Below are positions 1 through 14,663 of a stretch of DNA of 64,000 bases, piece by piece (position 1 is the stretch's first letter; each line of letters opens with the position of its first letter). This DNA comes from Daphnia carinata (taxonomy: Eukaryota). A program made the translations under genes and the position numbers. Where the stretch lies: assembly GCF_022539665.2 (NCBI RefSeq), contig NC_081331.1, positions 1,736,001 to 1,800,000 on the forward strand, in the 5' to 3' direction. The notes under the pieces are model-generated. The model did not search any database, was not told the DNA's origin, and saw nothing but the letters and a program-made list of their open reading frames with translations.

Positions 1-71
1 GTTCGTTGTTATTTTTTTTTATCTAATCAGAAATAATAACATCAAAAACTGTTATCAATCAAGAATATTAC

Positions 72-3000
72 TTGAAAGTTCACAACGTCGAATAACGATG
101 GGAATTGGCGATGCAGTGATGATGGATGCCCTTCATTGACGATTGATTGATTGTCTTCGTTGCTCGTCAGGTGCGGTTGGTTGAACGTGGCTTCGGCATC
201 CAAATCGCAACTCCGTCGATCCAGGAAAGAATTTCGGGTGACGGATATGGGCCGGTTTGGGAATTTACCGGGTCGTCTCAAACGCGGTAACGTAGCCGGA
301 AGCTGTGGCAGTACGTCCTCTGCTTCATTATTTTCGTCAACATCCAGCGCAATGCTTTCTTTAATCTGGTTGAGAGAAACAGGCTCGTCTGGAACAACTT
401 GTTCTTGTTGGTAGATTTGTGACGGCACTCGACGGGGTTTTGGAGGACATCCAAGTGACGCCCCTTCTGCCGACAGTGAAGGATCGCTTGGTCTCCGCCT
501 CATCATCACTCGATTGGAAGCAGACGGTGTAGATCGAGGCAATGATTGCGTCGAGTACTCCCGGGCCGTCGGGTGCACCATCCGCACTCTGCCTGTCACC
601 GCCGGTAGAGAGTTCCTACCCGAATACAAGCCAGCGCCACCGGATAGACTCGCGCTGGTCGATGATGGATGATACGATCGCGAGGCAACACCGTACTGAC
701 TAGAGTACAACGAAAGTGGTTTCGTTCGGTTAATGGGTGTTGTTATTTTGGCGCCCGTGGCCGCCGTGACGGCCTTGCCGCTGCTGACGTAACACGTCAC
801 CAAATCTGAAATCGTTTCGAACGGCTCGTCTTCCAATCTGTACTGGATCGATTCGTAAACCGTATTGGGTTGAATGGTCACCTGTTGATAGAACGAATGG
901 ATATCAGTAAGCAGAGATGGACAATAAGTTCCAATGGCATTTTTCGAACGAAGGCTACTGCTTCTGCTCCATTCTTTTCATGACAGTTGGCTTACCTTGG
1001 AAATGATAAAATGGCGATGCGATCCTCTACAGACGGTGGAGAGGACAAGGTCGCCCGGTTGACCTGTCGAAGAATCTCGAATGAGGAATTCGCCATCGTT
1101 TTTTAACAACGTTTCTGCGTGGCTGCGAGGAATCGATCCGTGGTACCTAAATGGCAACAATGGCAGGGGAGAAGAGGGGAAGGAAAAGTTGAAATGGATC
1201 GAGATCCGTCGGATCGATCAATGACAGTTGTACGCTGTTGTTGTATGTTTATACCAAGCGTGTGAGTCGAGATAGCGCCCATCCAGACTGAGTTCCCATT
1301 CCAGCTGACGACGAAGGCTTTCAGCTTCCGTCAAATCTGTTCCGACGATGTTGTCGTAATCTTGCTGTCGATTGGATTGCAATAAAAAACGCGATGAGTG
1401 AACGAAAACTGAAGCAGACAGAGGCAAGTGTTGGCTGTTGTTTCAAGCAAAGAATAAAAAACTTACCATCCGTGAGATGTTGAGAACGCTGGCGCTGTGC
1501 TGTTGCTGCAGACCCTTGTTGTGCGCCGACTGCGCAAATTCCGAACGCGACCTGCGCGGACATCAAAAAATATTTCAAGCGAGGGTGGAAAAATCAGCTG
1601 AGTCGCTTGGATTCAGAAAGGCGATCGTTCTCCGACTGACGCGCTGGACAGCTCGGAATTCAATGACTAATTCACCGGGTCACCGACGCATTCAGAGAAA
1701 GAAAAAAAAAACGGCTCAAACAAACCCAAACAAAAGCTACGAGGAAAAAAGACCCAAGGCTATTTTGAAATAACGCTATTGATATCCTCCCTCGTCGGAG
1801 CTCAAACGATTGGCCTGTCTGGTGATTTTCAAAGATACTGGGATACTGTATCAGGGATTTTGGAAAACTATACGTTGCTCTGACATCCTTCTCGCTTCTC
1901 CATTGATACCATCAACGGTTGGAGGGGGAGGGTGAGGGCCGAATAAGCCCGATATTGATTTTCATCTCCCTCCGCCGCCAACTCTTGTATCCTATTCCTC
2001 ACTTCTCAGGATATTTAATATTCATTTGGACACTTTCACGACATCTAGTGGTGATCCCGCGTACTTCTATTAATCTTTTCCTCTAAATAATAACTACTGA
2101 AAGACTTGCTTTTTTTTGTGTGTCAGACATTTGTTGATTGGACAACATCCGGGATCTTGCTCATTTCCGGTACCCACCTGTATTTTGCCAATGCGTCATC
2201 GCCGAAGGTCGTTGAAAAGCTTGCCGGATTCTCGGGATGATTCAGCTCCTTCTGCTCCTTTTGCTGCTTTCCTGGACAGACAAAGTAAAGTGGATGCAGG
2301 AATCCGTTCAAAATATGTTGGACAACAAATAATTCTAAAAATGCGCAGACGAAATATCGTCAAGTGGATTTTCGTTTTAAATCGAAAAGAAAACGACTTA
2401 AGTGCATTGCATCAGAGCGGTATGTTGTATAAATACAAACACGTAATCAGTCCAGCCTTCCTGTAGCTGCAATCCATAACTGGTTGAAAAATGGATCGAT
2501 TTTTCGTAAGATAAGAATTTTAGGGAATGCACCTGGCCGACTCGATACGTGTTTAGGTGACTTGTCAAGGTGAGTAGATCACGCTTGCCGTTGCGTTAAT
2601 GTGCAAGCAGGAGTCTGGCATAAGGGGTGAGAGGCAATCATGAGAAAACTCACGCGATCTAAAACCAGCCTCTTCCGGAGCTAAGCAGTTAAAATAATCC
2701 TCTCATATTATTCCCCCCCCCCCCCTTTTACTTTCCTTAGTATGACTACTGAAATCGGTAGTGTTTTTTTTTTTAAGAAATTAAAGCCCAGGAAACACTT
2801 ACGATGGTTGAGTTCGAATCTGAGGGCAACAAGACTGGATACTACTCTAGCCCGATGGGCACCGTTTTTTATTCCAATTTGATTCATGATGGCCGTTTCA
2901 TCCAGATAAAGAATATCCTAATGAAAGTCATTACTTAAATGGTGAGTAACTTTGTTATTTGAAGAAATACCTGAACGCCATTGTAATTCGCAAAAAGGTG

Positions 3001-3253
3001 TTCGTATTGCAGTAGGTTTAAACTATTTAGCCAATACTTGATGCCTATATGCATATTGCTTTTTTTTTTTTGCTTGAACTTTGTAAACACTCACTGCTCG
3101 CTTGACGATGAGACGTGCTGACTGAAAGACCCAACCACTAGTCTCGCTCGGTGAACACACAATGCACTCACCTGAACCGTATATAATCAACAAGTACGAG
3201 GCGGCTCTAATCTGAGGCGCCGGGCAAGAGTCAGATTCCGTTCCTGAACCCAT
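72..3253 (-). CDS. BCAR3: NSP/BCAR3/SH2D3C-family adaptor (SAM + SH2 + Ser/Pro-rich linker); 3' part, including the expected Cdc25-like GEF domain, lies beyond the left edge
   Basis: Phase-consistent GT-AG exons: 3172-3253, 2971-3044, 2803-2917, 2178-2271, 1467-1551, 1255-1364, 996-1146, 72-881. SAM-like segment IKYWLNSLNLLQYEHLFANYNGVQDILYLDETAIMNQIGIKNGAHRARVVSSLVALR. NSP-type lead-in LRRQLEWELSLDGRYLDSHAWYHGSIPR, then SH2 (GEFLIRDS..PGDLVLS..HFII..YRLEDEPFETISDLVTCYV..GAKITTPINRT). Confidence 0.88.
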
Positions 3254-6200
3254 GGCTTTTGAACGAATGTTTTAGATTTCAATAAACATTTTTTTTTTGC
3301 TTTTTTTCCTTAAAGCACTCCCATATGGACGGTGATAAAAACCGCAGCTGTAGTCCAAGCTTTGATTTACAATCCTTATCAGCTTCAGAGAATCTAGTGT
3401 GGCAACTTCTAGGTGGGTAATATGCATCGTCAGGTACAACCTACCGTGTCTCTTGCGCATAGTCGTGCAAGTCAAAAATCCATCGGAAACCAGTTCAGTC
3501 ATGCATCATTATCAAGGTTTTGACGTGTGTACATTGCCATACATTTCTCGAAAATGGTTTGAGCAAGCCGGTCGCTTCGTGCAGATAAATCAATACGTTT
3601 TCCACTTAACTCAGTAGCCTGGCAGTAATTGTGTTCTGGGAGATTAGACTTGATGTTGCATCATGTGTGTATACTAGTAATAGATGTCATGCTACTTCAT
3701 TTCAAGGCGGTAATATTATTCAAAGTTTTTGAAGTTCAAGTGGCTTGGACGTGACATTCCCGAGATATAAAACATGTGAGTGGGGGTAGTTCGTGATTCC
3801 TGCGCTCTCGTTGAAACCACTTCTATTCACGATTCATAGATGGAGAGAGCGGCCGGCAGTCCCGTTGTCCGTGAGTTAATCGAATTCTAAGCGACTACGC
3901 CGACTTTTATTCCGTTTTATTTTAAAATCTACGTGCTTTAAAGGAAAACTAATATTTGATTCAGAATCAGCGCTCAAATTAGGTTGTACAGCAAGTTAGG
4001 TTTCATTTATTCCGCTCAAAATTTTAAGCCCGATTTAAAAAAAAAAAAAAAAATAAGCCCGACTTTTTTTTATTTATTTTTTCAGAAAACCTAAGTTTTG
4101 CAAGGAAAATACATCATTGGGGCTTATCACATTTAAGTGGAGAAATTATGTTCGGATTTTTGCGAGGAGTGCCTTAATAGCTTACCGTTTCGTACAGGTA
4201 ATTACGGGAACGTAGATTGCCAGTAGATGACAGTTGCGGAGATGTGTATAAAATTACCGAAATAAATAGAAATCCAGAGAACATAGGTTGTCAATAAAAG
4301 AAAAATGGGCAAATGACCTTCAGTGTACATAACGGAGGCTATTCCATACATCTATGAAACCGATAAATTGCAGTTAGTCGCCATTAATGAAAAGCACATT
4401 AAGAAATACGGGTTGAAGAATGGAACTTTTGGATTCATTTAACGCCCGATTTTTTACGACTCTTTGCACGCGGTCCGTTCAACAGTGCAAACTTCCTTTG
4501 GGTAAAACCGTTTCTTTATACTCACTAATTCTGCTTTTTTCTTCGTCTTCAATTGTTCTCGGGCAGCAATCGCCACGTTGAAATAACTGATCCATCCGAG
4601 TGGAAACTATCATAAAGCATCCACTATAATATTATAGCGGCCGAGTGGAAATGCATCAACATATTTTATGTCGGTAGGAAGGAACGTACGGTTGTAATAG
4701 TAAGACAAATAGGAGAACTTGACCGCAGCGACGCTGCTGCAATTCTCTTTTGCTTATTTATTTATATTAGGAACAGGGCGAGAGACCACAGATGTTATGC
4801 AGCTATTGATGAGCCGTTCAACTCGCGAACGAGACCTGAAGAATGTCAACGACCACTCGTCCATTATTGCAGTCCCAAAACGCCCGTGAAATCGGCGGCT
4901 AAATTAGCGCGTCGCGCATATTCCGGCTGGGACCATCCAGCTTATCCGGCTATAGTTCCCCCTTGTGTGCGTGAGTGGTCTCAGGCAGAAAGCGATAGGA
5001 AAAATAAGCAGACCAGGAATGAAAAAAAAAAAAAAAAAATCAACCAACAGGAAAAGGCTGGACGAGCCGATTAAATGTGATGAACGATCCTCGGGATTGA
5101 CGGCGGCCGAAATGAGTGTACGTGATAACTGTTTATTTGCATTGCAGTGGGATGGGAAAGAAATGTAAAAAGGAAGGGAACAATGCTGGGGAGAAAGAGG
5201 GTAAAGCCACCTGACGCTGGTTGTGATGGCCATGGGTTCCGTATGGCTGGACCGGCCACCAATTTGAGTTCATCCACCACCACTCAAAAATATAAAACGA
5301 AATTGAAATAGGTTTTTTTTTTTCAATGGAAGGGCGTAAGACCCTTTCAGACGACAAGGGATTTTTGAACCTGTTTTTTTTTCATTCCTTTTTTGCGGTA
5401 AACATACTTAACTGGGTAGAAAGGTTTAACTAGAACAGCTGTTGTCGCGCAGGTTCCAGCAGGAAAAGTAGGATCATTTACTTACAATATCCTCAACATT
5501 AGTTATTTTAGTTTTACCATTCATTTCAATTACAAAGCTCAATGGGCGGCCACAATGTTCCAACTGATTGTTCTCAGAAACATTTTGCTTGTACAAGCCC
5601 TTCTTTCGTCTTTCTCTTGCCCATAATTGAACACGCACTCGGCTGACAAGTTCCTAATGGACGCCTGTTTGATTTAATTCAAGAAACCCCTTGAAGCATA
5701 ACATCACAGCATTTCGTTTTCGGTCATCAATTCCGGTAATGATTAACGGTTTTCTTGCTTATGTATTTAGTGTTAATTTTCGAATTCTTTTTGAGAATAA
5801 AGTAAATGAATAAGCCAAACATCTTGCGTCACGAAATGTACTCTAAACTCGACGTTATCTATTGAAAACAAGGGAAAACCAAATCACTTTACATTGTCGT
5901 CATCTAAACGACGCTATAGTTTAAATCTATAAATCCCCTCGGATTACATTGTGTTATCGAAGGCTACAAATGTTGACCTCAATCAAACAGCATGAATATC
6001 TAATAGAACAGAAGAAAATCCAAATAGATTTTGTTTCAATTTTCAGTATTATTTTCTTTTTTATTCCTTGTCGATCTGAAACATTGTAACCACAAACGGA
6101 ATAATCGCCGCATTTCGATTCGATATTCTCGTTTTTCTTTTCGGTGTATAGGTGCATATTGAAACGTTATTTCCTGTTGTTTTTCTGACGGAATTGTGGT

Positions 6201-9200
6201 TTTTTTGCCATGGTGTTATACCAATTGAACGTCTAGCAAAGCCAATGACTTTTTTGACATGGCTTTTCTCGCCTCTATATCTTTATCCCGTTGATTTTCT
6301 CCTGTTATTATATAATTAGATTTTTCGACTGGCTTTGTATCTATGGGCACGGTTTTCCTTCTTCCGGGGTAAGAGGCATCGGTGACCACCGTTCAGCACA
6401 TACGATCGCGATTACGATTACCAAATCATCAAGTGCTGCATCAGTTGATGCAATAACCGTCTCGATACCGTGGTTCATTCTGTACTGAAACCATCATAGA
6501 TAAACCACTCGCCTAACGCATACGTAATTCTCTATCAATATCATCTCTCATTTGCTTTTCTCTTTCACCGCACACGTGATCGTTATCGCACTCTCCATCG
6601 ATTGCATATGGCGCATCTTTCACCGCAATAAAATATACCAGTAGCCGTGTCATACTGAATTGATCATCATCTTTACGCAGCTTCTGTAAATTTAAACAGT
6701 GTAGAGAGGGACAACATTTCAATAGACGATTTTTCGTATATTGATATAGATTAAAACAGAAACCGAGCATCAGCGTTTCAATTGTGGACTTTCCATTGGT
6801 GTAGCTGATCGTTCACTCCTTAAAGTCGTAATTTCTATTTATTTTTCTTTCCTTCTTTTTCTTTAATTTACGTATGGTGGCCAATTACGTTGCTACGGTG
6901 TGCGTAGCCATTGCCTCTGAATCTCTCTTTTGAAAAAAAAAATTGGTAATAGAAACGATAGGGGTTCAACAGAGTGAAGGAAAGAAGCTGGTGAGGCGTG
7001 GCGTTCAACTTCATCAGCGTTATGACACGTGGAAAACGATGGGGTGCGCGTGCCGTTAAAAATTTTACGACCGACCCAATTGGTGATTTATTCAGAAGGC
7101 ATTGAACATACTGCGCCAAGGAAGCAGAAGAACGCGCTTGATTCGGTCTGAATAAATTTACAAGGAAGGCGATGCTGGTTCAGTCCTGTAAAAAAAAAAA
7201 ACGCAGACGTAACTCGCTTTAATAAAACAATAAAAACAGTAAAACGAAATGAAAAAGAAAAATAAAATGTGAAAGATGTAATAACGACGGGAATTATGCA
7301 TCCCTTGGTGGGAGTGTGACCGAAATTTAATCGACCTTGTTAGATGAAAATGGTGCCGACTATCTCTTGGAGTTCAATAAGAAAGATGTATAGGCACGCT
7401 ATAATCTAGCCATGGAAAAAGACATTTTTGTTGGAGCTGACGAAAAAAAAAGAAATTCAGTGATAAAACGGGTTTTCTCGTTGAGATCTAAGAATTCTTC
7501 GGGGAAACATTTAACATTCAATAAGTCAACAAGGGAGGAGGGAGCTGCACGACCTTTTTTTTTTATTCAAACGTTTAGCCTAAGCGTTTATACAACAGCT
7601 GCTTTAGGGAAATCAACTTACCGACACGCCAGAGTTTCGGAGTCGACCTGGAAAAAGAGAGGAGAGATCATGTCATAACACTTTTAGGAACTGTGGGGCT
7701 CACGTCATTGAGTAAACCAGGCACGCGCTTGTTCTTCAGACTGTACTATCCTTTCGCGTCGTTTTCCGGTCGTTTTCATCTGTGCCTCATTTGAATTTCA
7801 ACGAGCTTCAATGAATAAACGGTATATATATAGACACTGAACTGTATATGCTACGTTTTGAAGCAGTATCTAATAGACCAGTGCAAGCGATGATAACGGG
7901 TTGACTGAAAGGGGAGAGTTGGGGAAGAGGAAATAGCTGATGACATTAGTCGTCGACAATTGCTACCTTGTCGCAACAACTCGACTCGGACTGATGTATG
8001 TGATTATAGATATATATAGCTTGCTGACATACAACGGGCAATCATGACCCTCCTCCCTCCCCAATCACGTTAGACACATCACGTTGAACTCCTCCGGTTC
8101 CCTCCTCTCTTAATCTTCCGTGTCTGTGCGTCTTTAACAGGCACACACATTCTCCGTCTGTCCCTCCCACCATTTACGAATCCGACAGCGAATGCTCGAA
8201 AACTCAGTTGTTCTTCTTGTCCCATGTCAAAATGTTCAATCTAACGGACTCCACGGTCCCGAGACGACAATTATTTCACAGTTAGTTTCATCGCAATTCA
8301 GTTTGACTGAAGATGACGGACGATTGGCAGAAGGGGCGTATACAAAAAATAAAAGAAGCCTCAAGTATGATTATTTTAGTTACGGTACGCACAATAATAA
8401 GCCATCCTCGTATCTATTACCTAAAAAAAAAATATTCCCCTTCTCTTCGCTGATTGGGCCTTACTGTCTCAGACACAGCAACGACGCGTCATACAACTAG
8501 CTATTAGTCCGTACCGTTTCAACATATTAAACACGTAGCACGCGACGTCGCTTGATAGGATTCGCCATCATCAGCAAGCAGTGTAAACCTATATCCTTCT
8601 GAATCCTTTGCTTTCTATTAGCTGCAGTAAATATGTTTTGTTTCGGTATTAATGCTCACGTAAGGCTTCTAGCGTTCAGTGACTTTCGACTCATCCGCAA
8701 CTCCCTGCTGTTGTTCAACTAGCCATGTAAGAACGAAATACGCAATTGGTTTTACAATCGGCATGCTACGTTATCAAGAAAATTTTTTGTATTGCCGGAC
8801 AATTATCGAAAGCAACGAATCGTTTACTAAGGACGTCTGAACGAACATAACGAAGAAAAAAGAACACCTAATGCAACCCAATCCAGTTTTTTGTAATCTA
8901 CTATCACAAACCATTTCAATGAAAGACATCTATATCTGCCAACCAATGTTGCAATAAACGATCATGTTCATTATACGATAAAAAATCAACATGATGTACA
9001 AATAAATACGCAAAAAAAGGAGTTGGAGAAACAATAACATAACAGGCAATAATGTAGCGAAGCGAAAGCGCAGCAAAGAATCTTTTCTGTATAATTTAAG
9101 AATAGTAGAATGATGACAGAGATGTCCATTTTCTACCGCATACTCATTTTGACGGTGTACTTTGGCAGTGTGTGTACATCATGTACAATGTGCGTCCATA

Positions 9201-12200
9201 CAATATTTACGTGGGCCTCTACGTGCAAAAGCAGTACATGGTAAATGTAGAAGAATATTACTCCAACCTCTGTGTATATTGCTGCACCTTTTTCTTTTTA
9301 AAGGGTGAAAGTAATAGACAAGCAACAGACGTCGAGATGAGGCGTCGTCTCATTCAGCCGTTGTGTGGGAAGAACAACACATGTCTATGTGCTGCTTTGA
9401 TAGAGCGCGGTAATACACCTCTTTTCTATATCCGCTTCCTTCCTTTAGTTTTTCGTGTTTTTGTTTCCTATACAGTGAGTATATTTTTTTTTATTCACCC
9501 TCTTCTCCTATTACGCCTCTCGGTCTCGATACCACCTTTCCAACCGAAAACATTCGCCTGACTTGATGGATGACTCGGCAGAAGCTCGGAAAAGATATTT
9601 ATAAGGGAACCTCATATATAGTTACCTCCCTCAGACGAGCGGCATCATCACCCTAAAGCCTTCAACGAACCATAGAACACATTCTCGTAATTAATATTGA
9701 TATTTTCAAAATCGATTCAGCTATTCAAACCGATATGAATATTAACACAGTAAAGGGGGGTGCGCACATCACCTTTGTATTGTCACAGACTGGTGGGGGA
9801 TAGTTAAACATCATAATGAAAACTAGCAAAGAATTTCCTGCTTTTTTCAAACGGACTCTTCGATTCTAAATGCTGCAGTAGAGGGCGATAGATAGCCAGC
9901 AGGATTCAACAATAGCCGCTTATTACCAGCACATACCACAGACGCCATGTTTAAGCGGACAGACCTGACGGTCCATCAACATGCCGATCCTTTGTAGAAA
10001 GCAAGACGGCCTTTTTACTGTAGGGATACAGCACGGGAATTTATCCGGTGATGCCTCGCTGCGCGGATTTCTAATCTGTGGTTCATTTATTATCCAGTAA
10101 GACCGGAATGAGAGCCGAGAGCGTGTCGTCGTCTACAATTGACGAGTGTCGTGCCTTTCCCAGCATCGACTGACACAGGGAAAAAGGGGAATAAAACGAT
10201 CCTGCCGAATAGGGTGACTACATGAGAGTCCCCTCTTTTTTTCTGCTTTAGTTTGGGATCATTTATTATCTTTTGCTTGGATTGTAATAACCTCAACCCC
10301 ACTGGATTCCGCTCCGGGTGGAAGTCTTCCTATACACTCTCATCCTTTCATGTCGTTCAATCACATCGTAATAGACCTTACACTGCAGCTAGATAAAACT
10401 GGCATAGTTCATATGTCTTCAAGTGAAAAAGATCCATATTGCTGCTGTCATTTGGTACGCACGTGTTAGCGATACGCGTTAAATAGACTGTCGTAAAAAA
10501 ATCACGAACATGTACAGAAAGACATTGGGCAAAAATGTAATGATCGCGTAGGCCGATACAACCAGAACACACATAGCTTAAAAAATTTTATATGTGTAAA
10601 GAAAATGTAAAGTCTATAAATGTAATGCACATCCCCTAAGTTTAGCTTGTGCAAACAATTTGTTATCTCGGCGAATATAGATACACAATTTCTGGTGTTG
10701 ATGACGCACGACTGATGACGCACGGACGTCACAATAACACCTCCATGTCCGTGAATATCTGTTTATTGAGGCTTAAGATCAAAATTGGGACGGATTAAAG
10801 TTCTGAAATCGTAGCTAGAAGCGATACATCCATCCCAGCTAGAGAAATTAAAAGCTTCCCTTTTATTAGCTTTCGACATTTTTCCCCGCTAAGCTTTCTA
10901 CTCAAAAACGTATTGTGACGCACAGTCATCATCGAACAATCATGGCCATTAAATAACATGATAAGAGAGGGCCTATAGTACAACACCCACGGATTAAGTG
11001 TATAATAACTTACTGGCAGTTGCAACCGCCGCCGCACCATTCTGCTTGAAAAATCCCACCTAGACACGTAGCACGTATAAACATACCCAGAGGCTTTTGC
11101 TTTTAGCCTCGGCTATCACGTATTTAGCGAAAAACTAAACGGACTTGGAAGACCTATTAAGACCGTCCACTATTTCCAGCTTTTTCTTGTCAGCAGATTG
11201 GATTGCACAAAGTTACGTTTGGCATTAACTTTTGTTTTCTTTTTTTCCTTTCCCGGGATTCAAGGAACGAGAATTCACAAGTATACAGGTCTAACTAGGT
11301 TTTCGGTAGAGATATTCATCCCTTCTGGCATTTATACGTATATAGATTACAAAGCAATCATCATCTCTTTTGTGTGCTTGCTCGTTCCTACTCGGACTCA
11401 TCTTGTTCTATTACTCTTAGATCCCACTGGGAAGGCATGCTGTAAGGCCTATAATACAGACCCGGTCAGTTGCTTTCTCCTCATTCTCTTATTACACAAT
11501 GGAAGAAAACGACTGGACGAGAGGGGGCCGTGAAAAGTCAGTGTCAGGTGTCGACCGTGGATAGAGCAGAGCACTTGCGGCTAATTCAATTAACTCAATC
11601 CTAAAAAAAAAGAACGTCGATGTTTATTAGATGGATCATAAGAGACAGAGAGACCTTTTATGCGAGCACAAGAGAAGTCTGGCGGCAATAACGACAGGCA
11701 CGCGTGTAATTCCCTGTTCATCCGTCTCACCCCAGTGGTCAACGCCTTCATCGTTTTCTCGTAATGATTATCGAACTAGACACGCTGCCATGGAATATCA
11801 CAAAGCGTGAATCGTGTGGTACTCGCCAACCACGGTGTCATATTCGTCTGGTATATTCAATTCCCTTCTTCGAAAAGAAAACGGATTTTATAATAGGATT
11901 GTCAGAGCTACATGAAAAGTTCGGGATTGCTCGTCGTATAGGCACAGATATAGAACAGCACTCTTTGCTTGACTTGCTTTTTGTCCGCAAAATGGATTTG
12001 ACACACCCGCTAGTGCTAGAGTACACACACTTATAGACTACCCCTCCGTGTTTCCCATCTCCTGTTGCCCACTTGCATCTCGATATTGGATAAAAGTGAC
12101 GGTAGACAAGAACTGCCTCTGCGGTGGTAACCCGACTCTTTTTCGCCAGTGCGTCGCTTGTTGTATTAGTATAGCTACTTGAGTCTATACGTGGCAAACG

Positions 12201-13419
12201 ATAACTGGATTGATGGGAAAGGCCCGCAAACCCGCTATGGCTGCTCTTATTTCTTCTTACTCCACTCCACAGATTATAGCGAACCTATAAAAATATAGAA
12301 GGCATTCAGACAAATAGATGGACTACTATATAGAGCGAAAAGAATCAGACTGCGGGGTGTATCTATACGAACGAGGCGTTTGCCGGCCCGGTTCCAGAGC
12401 ACCGGAAAAAAAAGGCCCAAGTGAGTGTGCTAATGCGATTGTGGGGAGGACCAGTCAAGTAGACACACACTCGACTGCGTATGTAGTTTAGACATGAACG
12501 GAAAAAAAAGAAAAGAGACGTGAGTTTCGGCCTTGCAGGTTATGTGATTTGCTCCTCTGCTTCTCTACTCCGTTTTCTTTCGGCTACTCTTTTTTTTTAT
12601 ATATAAAGCAAAAACAAGACATTCTCTCGCGGGGATGTTCTCAGAGAGGAACTGACTCTTTCTTTTCCGATAGATTTTCACCGATTCAGAGCTAAGGCCG
12701 ACTGTTGGGAGCGTCTGCTGACGTTCAACATTGGGCTCGACAGCTGCCAGCCAAAAGCCCCACTTCTTGTTTGACAGCCGCATTCCTTTTTCTTCCCCTG
12801 TTCTATACGCAGTCCGCATTGAACGCCATCACCTCTGTGTTTTACAACAACGCAATATGATGAGTGAGGGTGGGGTTTCTCTTTAGCTATTACAACAAAA
12901 AGTCCTTGGTAGTTCTGTCTCATACTGCATGTCATTCGCCCATCGAACATTTTCTTTTTCCTTTTAATCTTCAAACGTCTTTACGCGATTCTTTGTCAAC
13001 ACATAAGGAATCCTACTATTAGACAAAAGTCTTTTATAATCGTAAACTATCGTCGCCAGCTGCAGGATGGGCTTCAAAATCAACAAAACCGGAAAACGGG
13101 ATTTTTAAGAAGAGAAAATGGTGAAAGTCAGTGCTGAAGGATGTTGTCAGTCTGTCTCGTCAGTCAATGAGACAACCGTCATGGATATTAACTGTAAATT
13201 GTTGAGGAGATTGAGAGTCTCTGGTCCGTCTCGGAGGTCGTTAAGTTCACCGTATAGGCCGTATAAGAGATCACGCTGAACAAGTTTCGAACGGACGGCT
13301 ACAGAGTGACGTAAGCGACATATCCATATCAACGCTATAGTATGGTAGCAATAGCTCTTGTCCAGCCACCCCCTATAGTTTGGCGTTGTCCCATGCGATG
13401 CCATCTGTAGCATCGGTTT

Positions 13420-13453
13420 TTTATATATATTTATATATATATATATATATATA
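13420..13453. repeat. (AT)n microsatellite
   Basis: Interrupted TA run directly visible. Confidence 0.85.
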
Positions 13454-14663
13454 AACACAATCTCGATATCGTTGACATTAGCGCAGACTCTGATTCCCCA
13501 TGAGGGATTCTTCTATCCCCCTTTTTTTTTATTTCTATTTTGCCCTTTTTTTCGCAGCAGGAGAACTAGGCAGTCCGTTTTTCTTTGCCTTGCGCTTCTA
13601 TATGATATTATTCCTCCTTTTTTGTTTGCTGTCCGGGACGCATCAATTATGCATGGCACAGTATCGTAAGTGTCGCTAGAAGGAGTGCTTGTGTTAGGGA
13701 ACATAACAGAATTGTTAATAGCAGACAATCAGTCTTTGTCATGACTCTCATGTGTCGTCGCCTTTGCTCCGGCTGTTAACGACTCGCTGCTAATAGCCCC
13801 AGTTTTATTCCCCGTGCTGTCTAGATTGGAGAGAATCGCTAGTGTAATATCCTTGTACGCGGACCTAACTAGCATCCACATGTTGCAGTGATTCTTCATA
13901 ATTATCCCACTCCTGAATGAATAAACGGTTTTTAACATTCAAAAGAGTAGCGTGTATTTTCATAGAAGTTATTATTTTTGTTTTGCTTCCGTAATAAGGA
14001 GGGAGACGGTTGGCTTGTCATCAGAAACGCACACATAACATCAAGTGTCCTTACATAATTTAGACTGTTTGTCGCGAATTTAGCTACACAGCAGGTTTTG
14101 AGAGAAACAAATAAACCATAAATTTAATGGCAACAACGTCTTTGTCTATCCACGAGAGAAATGGGATATGAAGAAAGACACGAATGAAAAGAACAAACCA
14201 AAAAAAATAATAATTGGAACTTCGTTAAAGAATTAACATTGTTTGTGGATTATTTACACAAATATGCATGTTCAAATGGACACCAATAAAGGTAATTAAA
14301 ACAAATGAAAAATTTTAACAACGAAACCACAAATATTAAATTTTTTTTTAGCGCTAGACAATCACTGCTGGCTAACGTTTGGTGCAATCAAAGTATGCTA
14401 CGTGACATTATGCGAATTATGCGAGAGATGGAAAAGAGTGCATAGGAGACGAGAAAAATATTCACACCCTTGAAAAGCTACGAAATTATATTACACGCTA
14501 ACAAATATCGGACTTAACACATCATTAAAAACTGACGTCATTTCATCTTTTCATCTGGCAATTAAAAAAACGTAACGCAGACGTAATTTAAACGAAAAGA
14601 AAAAAAGAGTCAATACCACAAAACTGGAGTGCGACTTGCGATCCCAATAAAAGATATTGGAAT

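Noticed and set aside
151..414. Plus-strand ORFs antisense to real exons (also 14673-15287, 16692-16892, 17260-17457, 36675-37318 minus, 38601-38929 minus, 48958-49176, 52899-53500)
   Set aside because: Shadow ORFs of GC-richer coding exons on the opposite strand; no independent protein features.
1942..4128. Recurring TAAGCCCGA-like motif (about 1944, 4025, 4054, inverted about 4121)
   Set aside because: Too short, with no terminal inverted repeat/target duplication structure to call a MITE or array.
4886..13938. Many 60-130-aa ORFs between BCAR3 and sens-2
   Set aside because: Phe/Lys runs derived from homopolymers, mostly non-ATG starts, no domains and no coherent exon chain.
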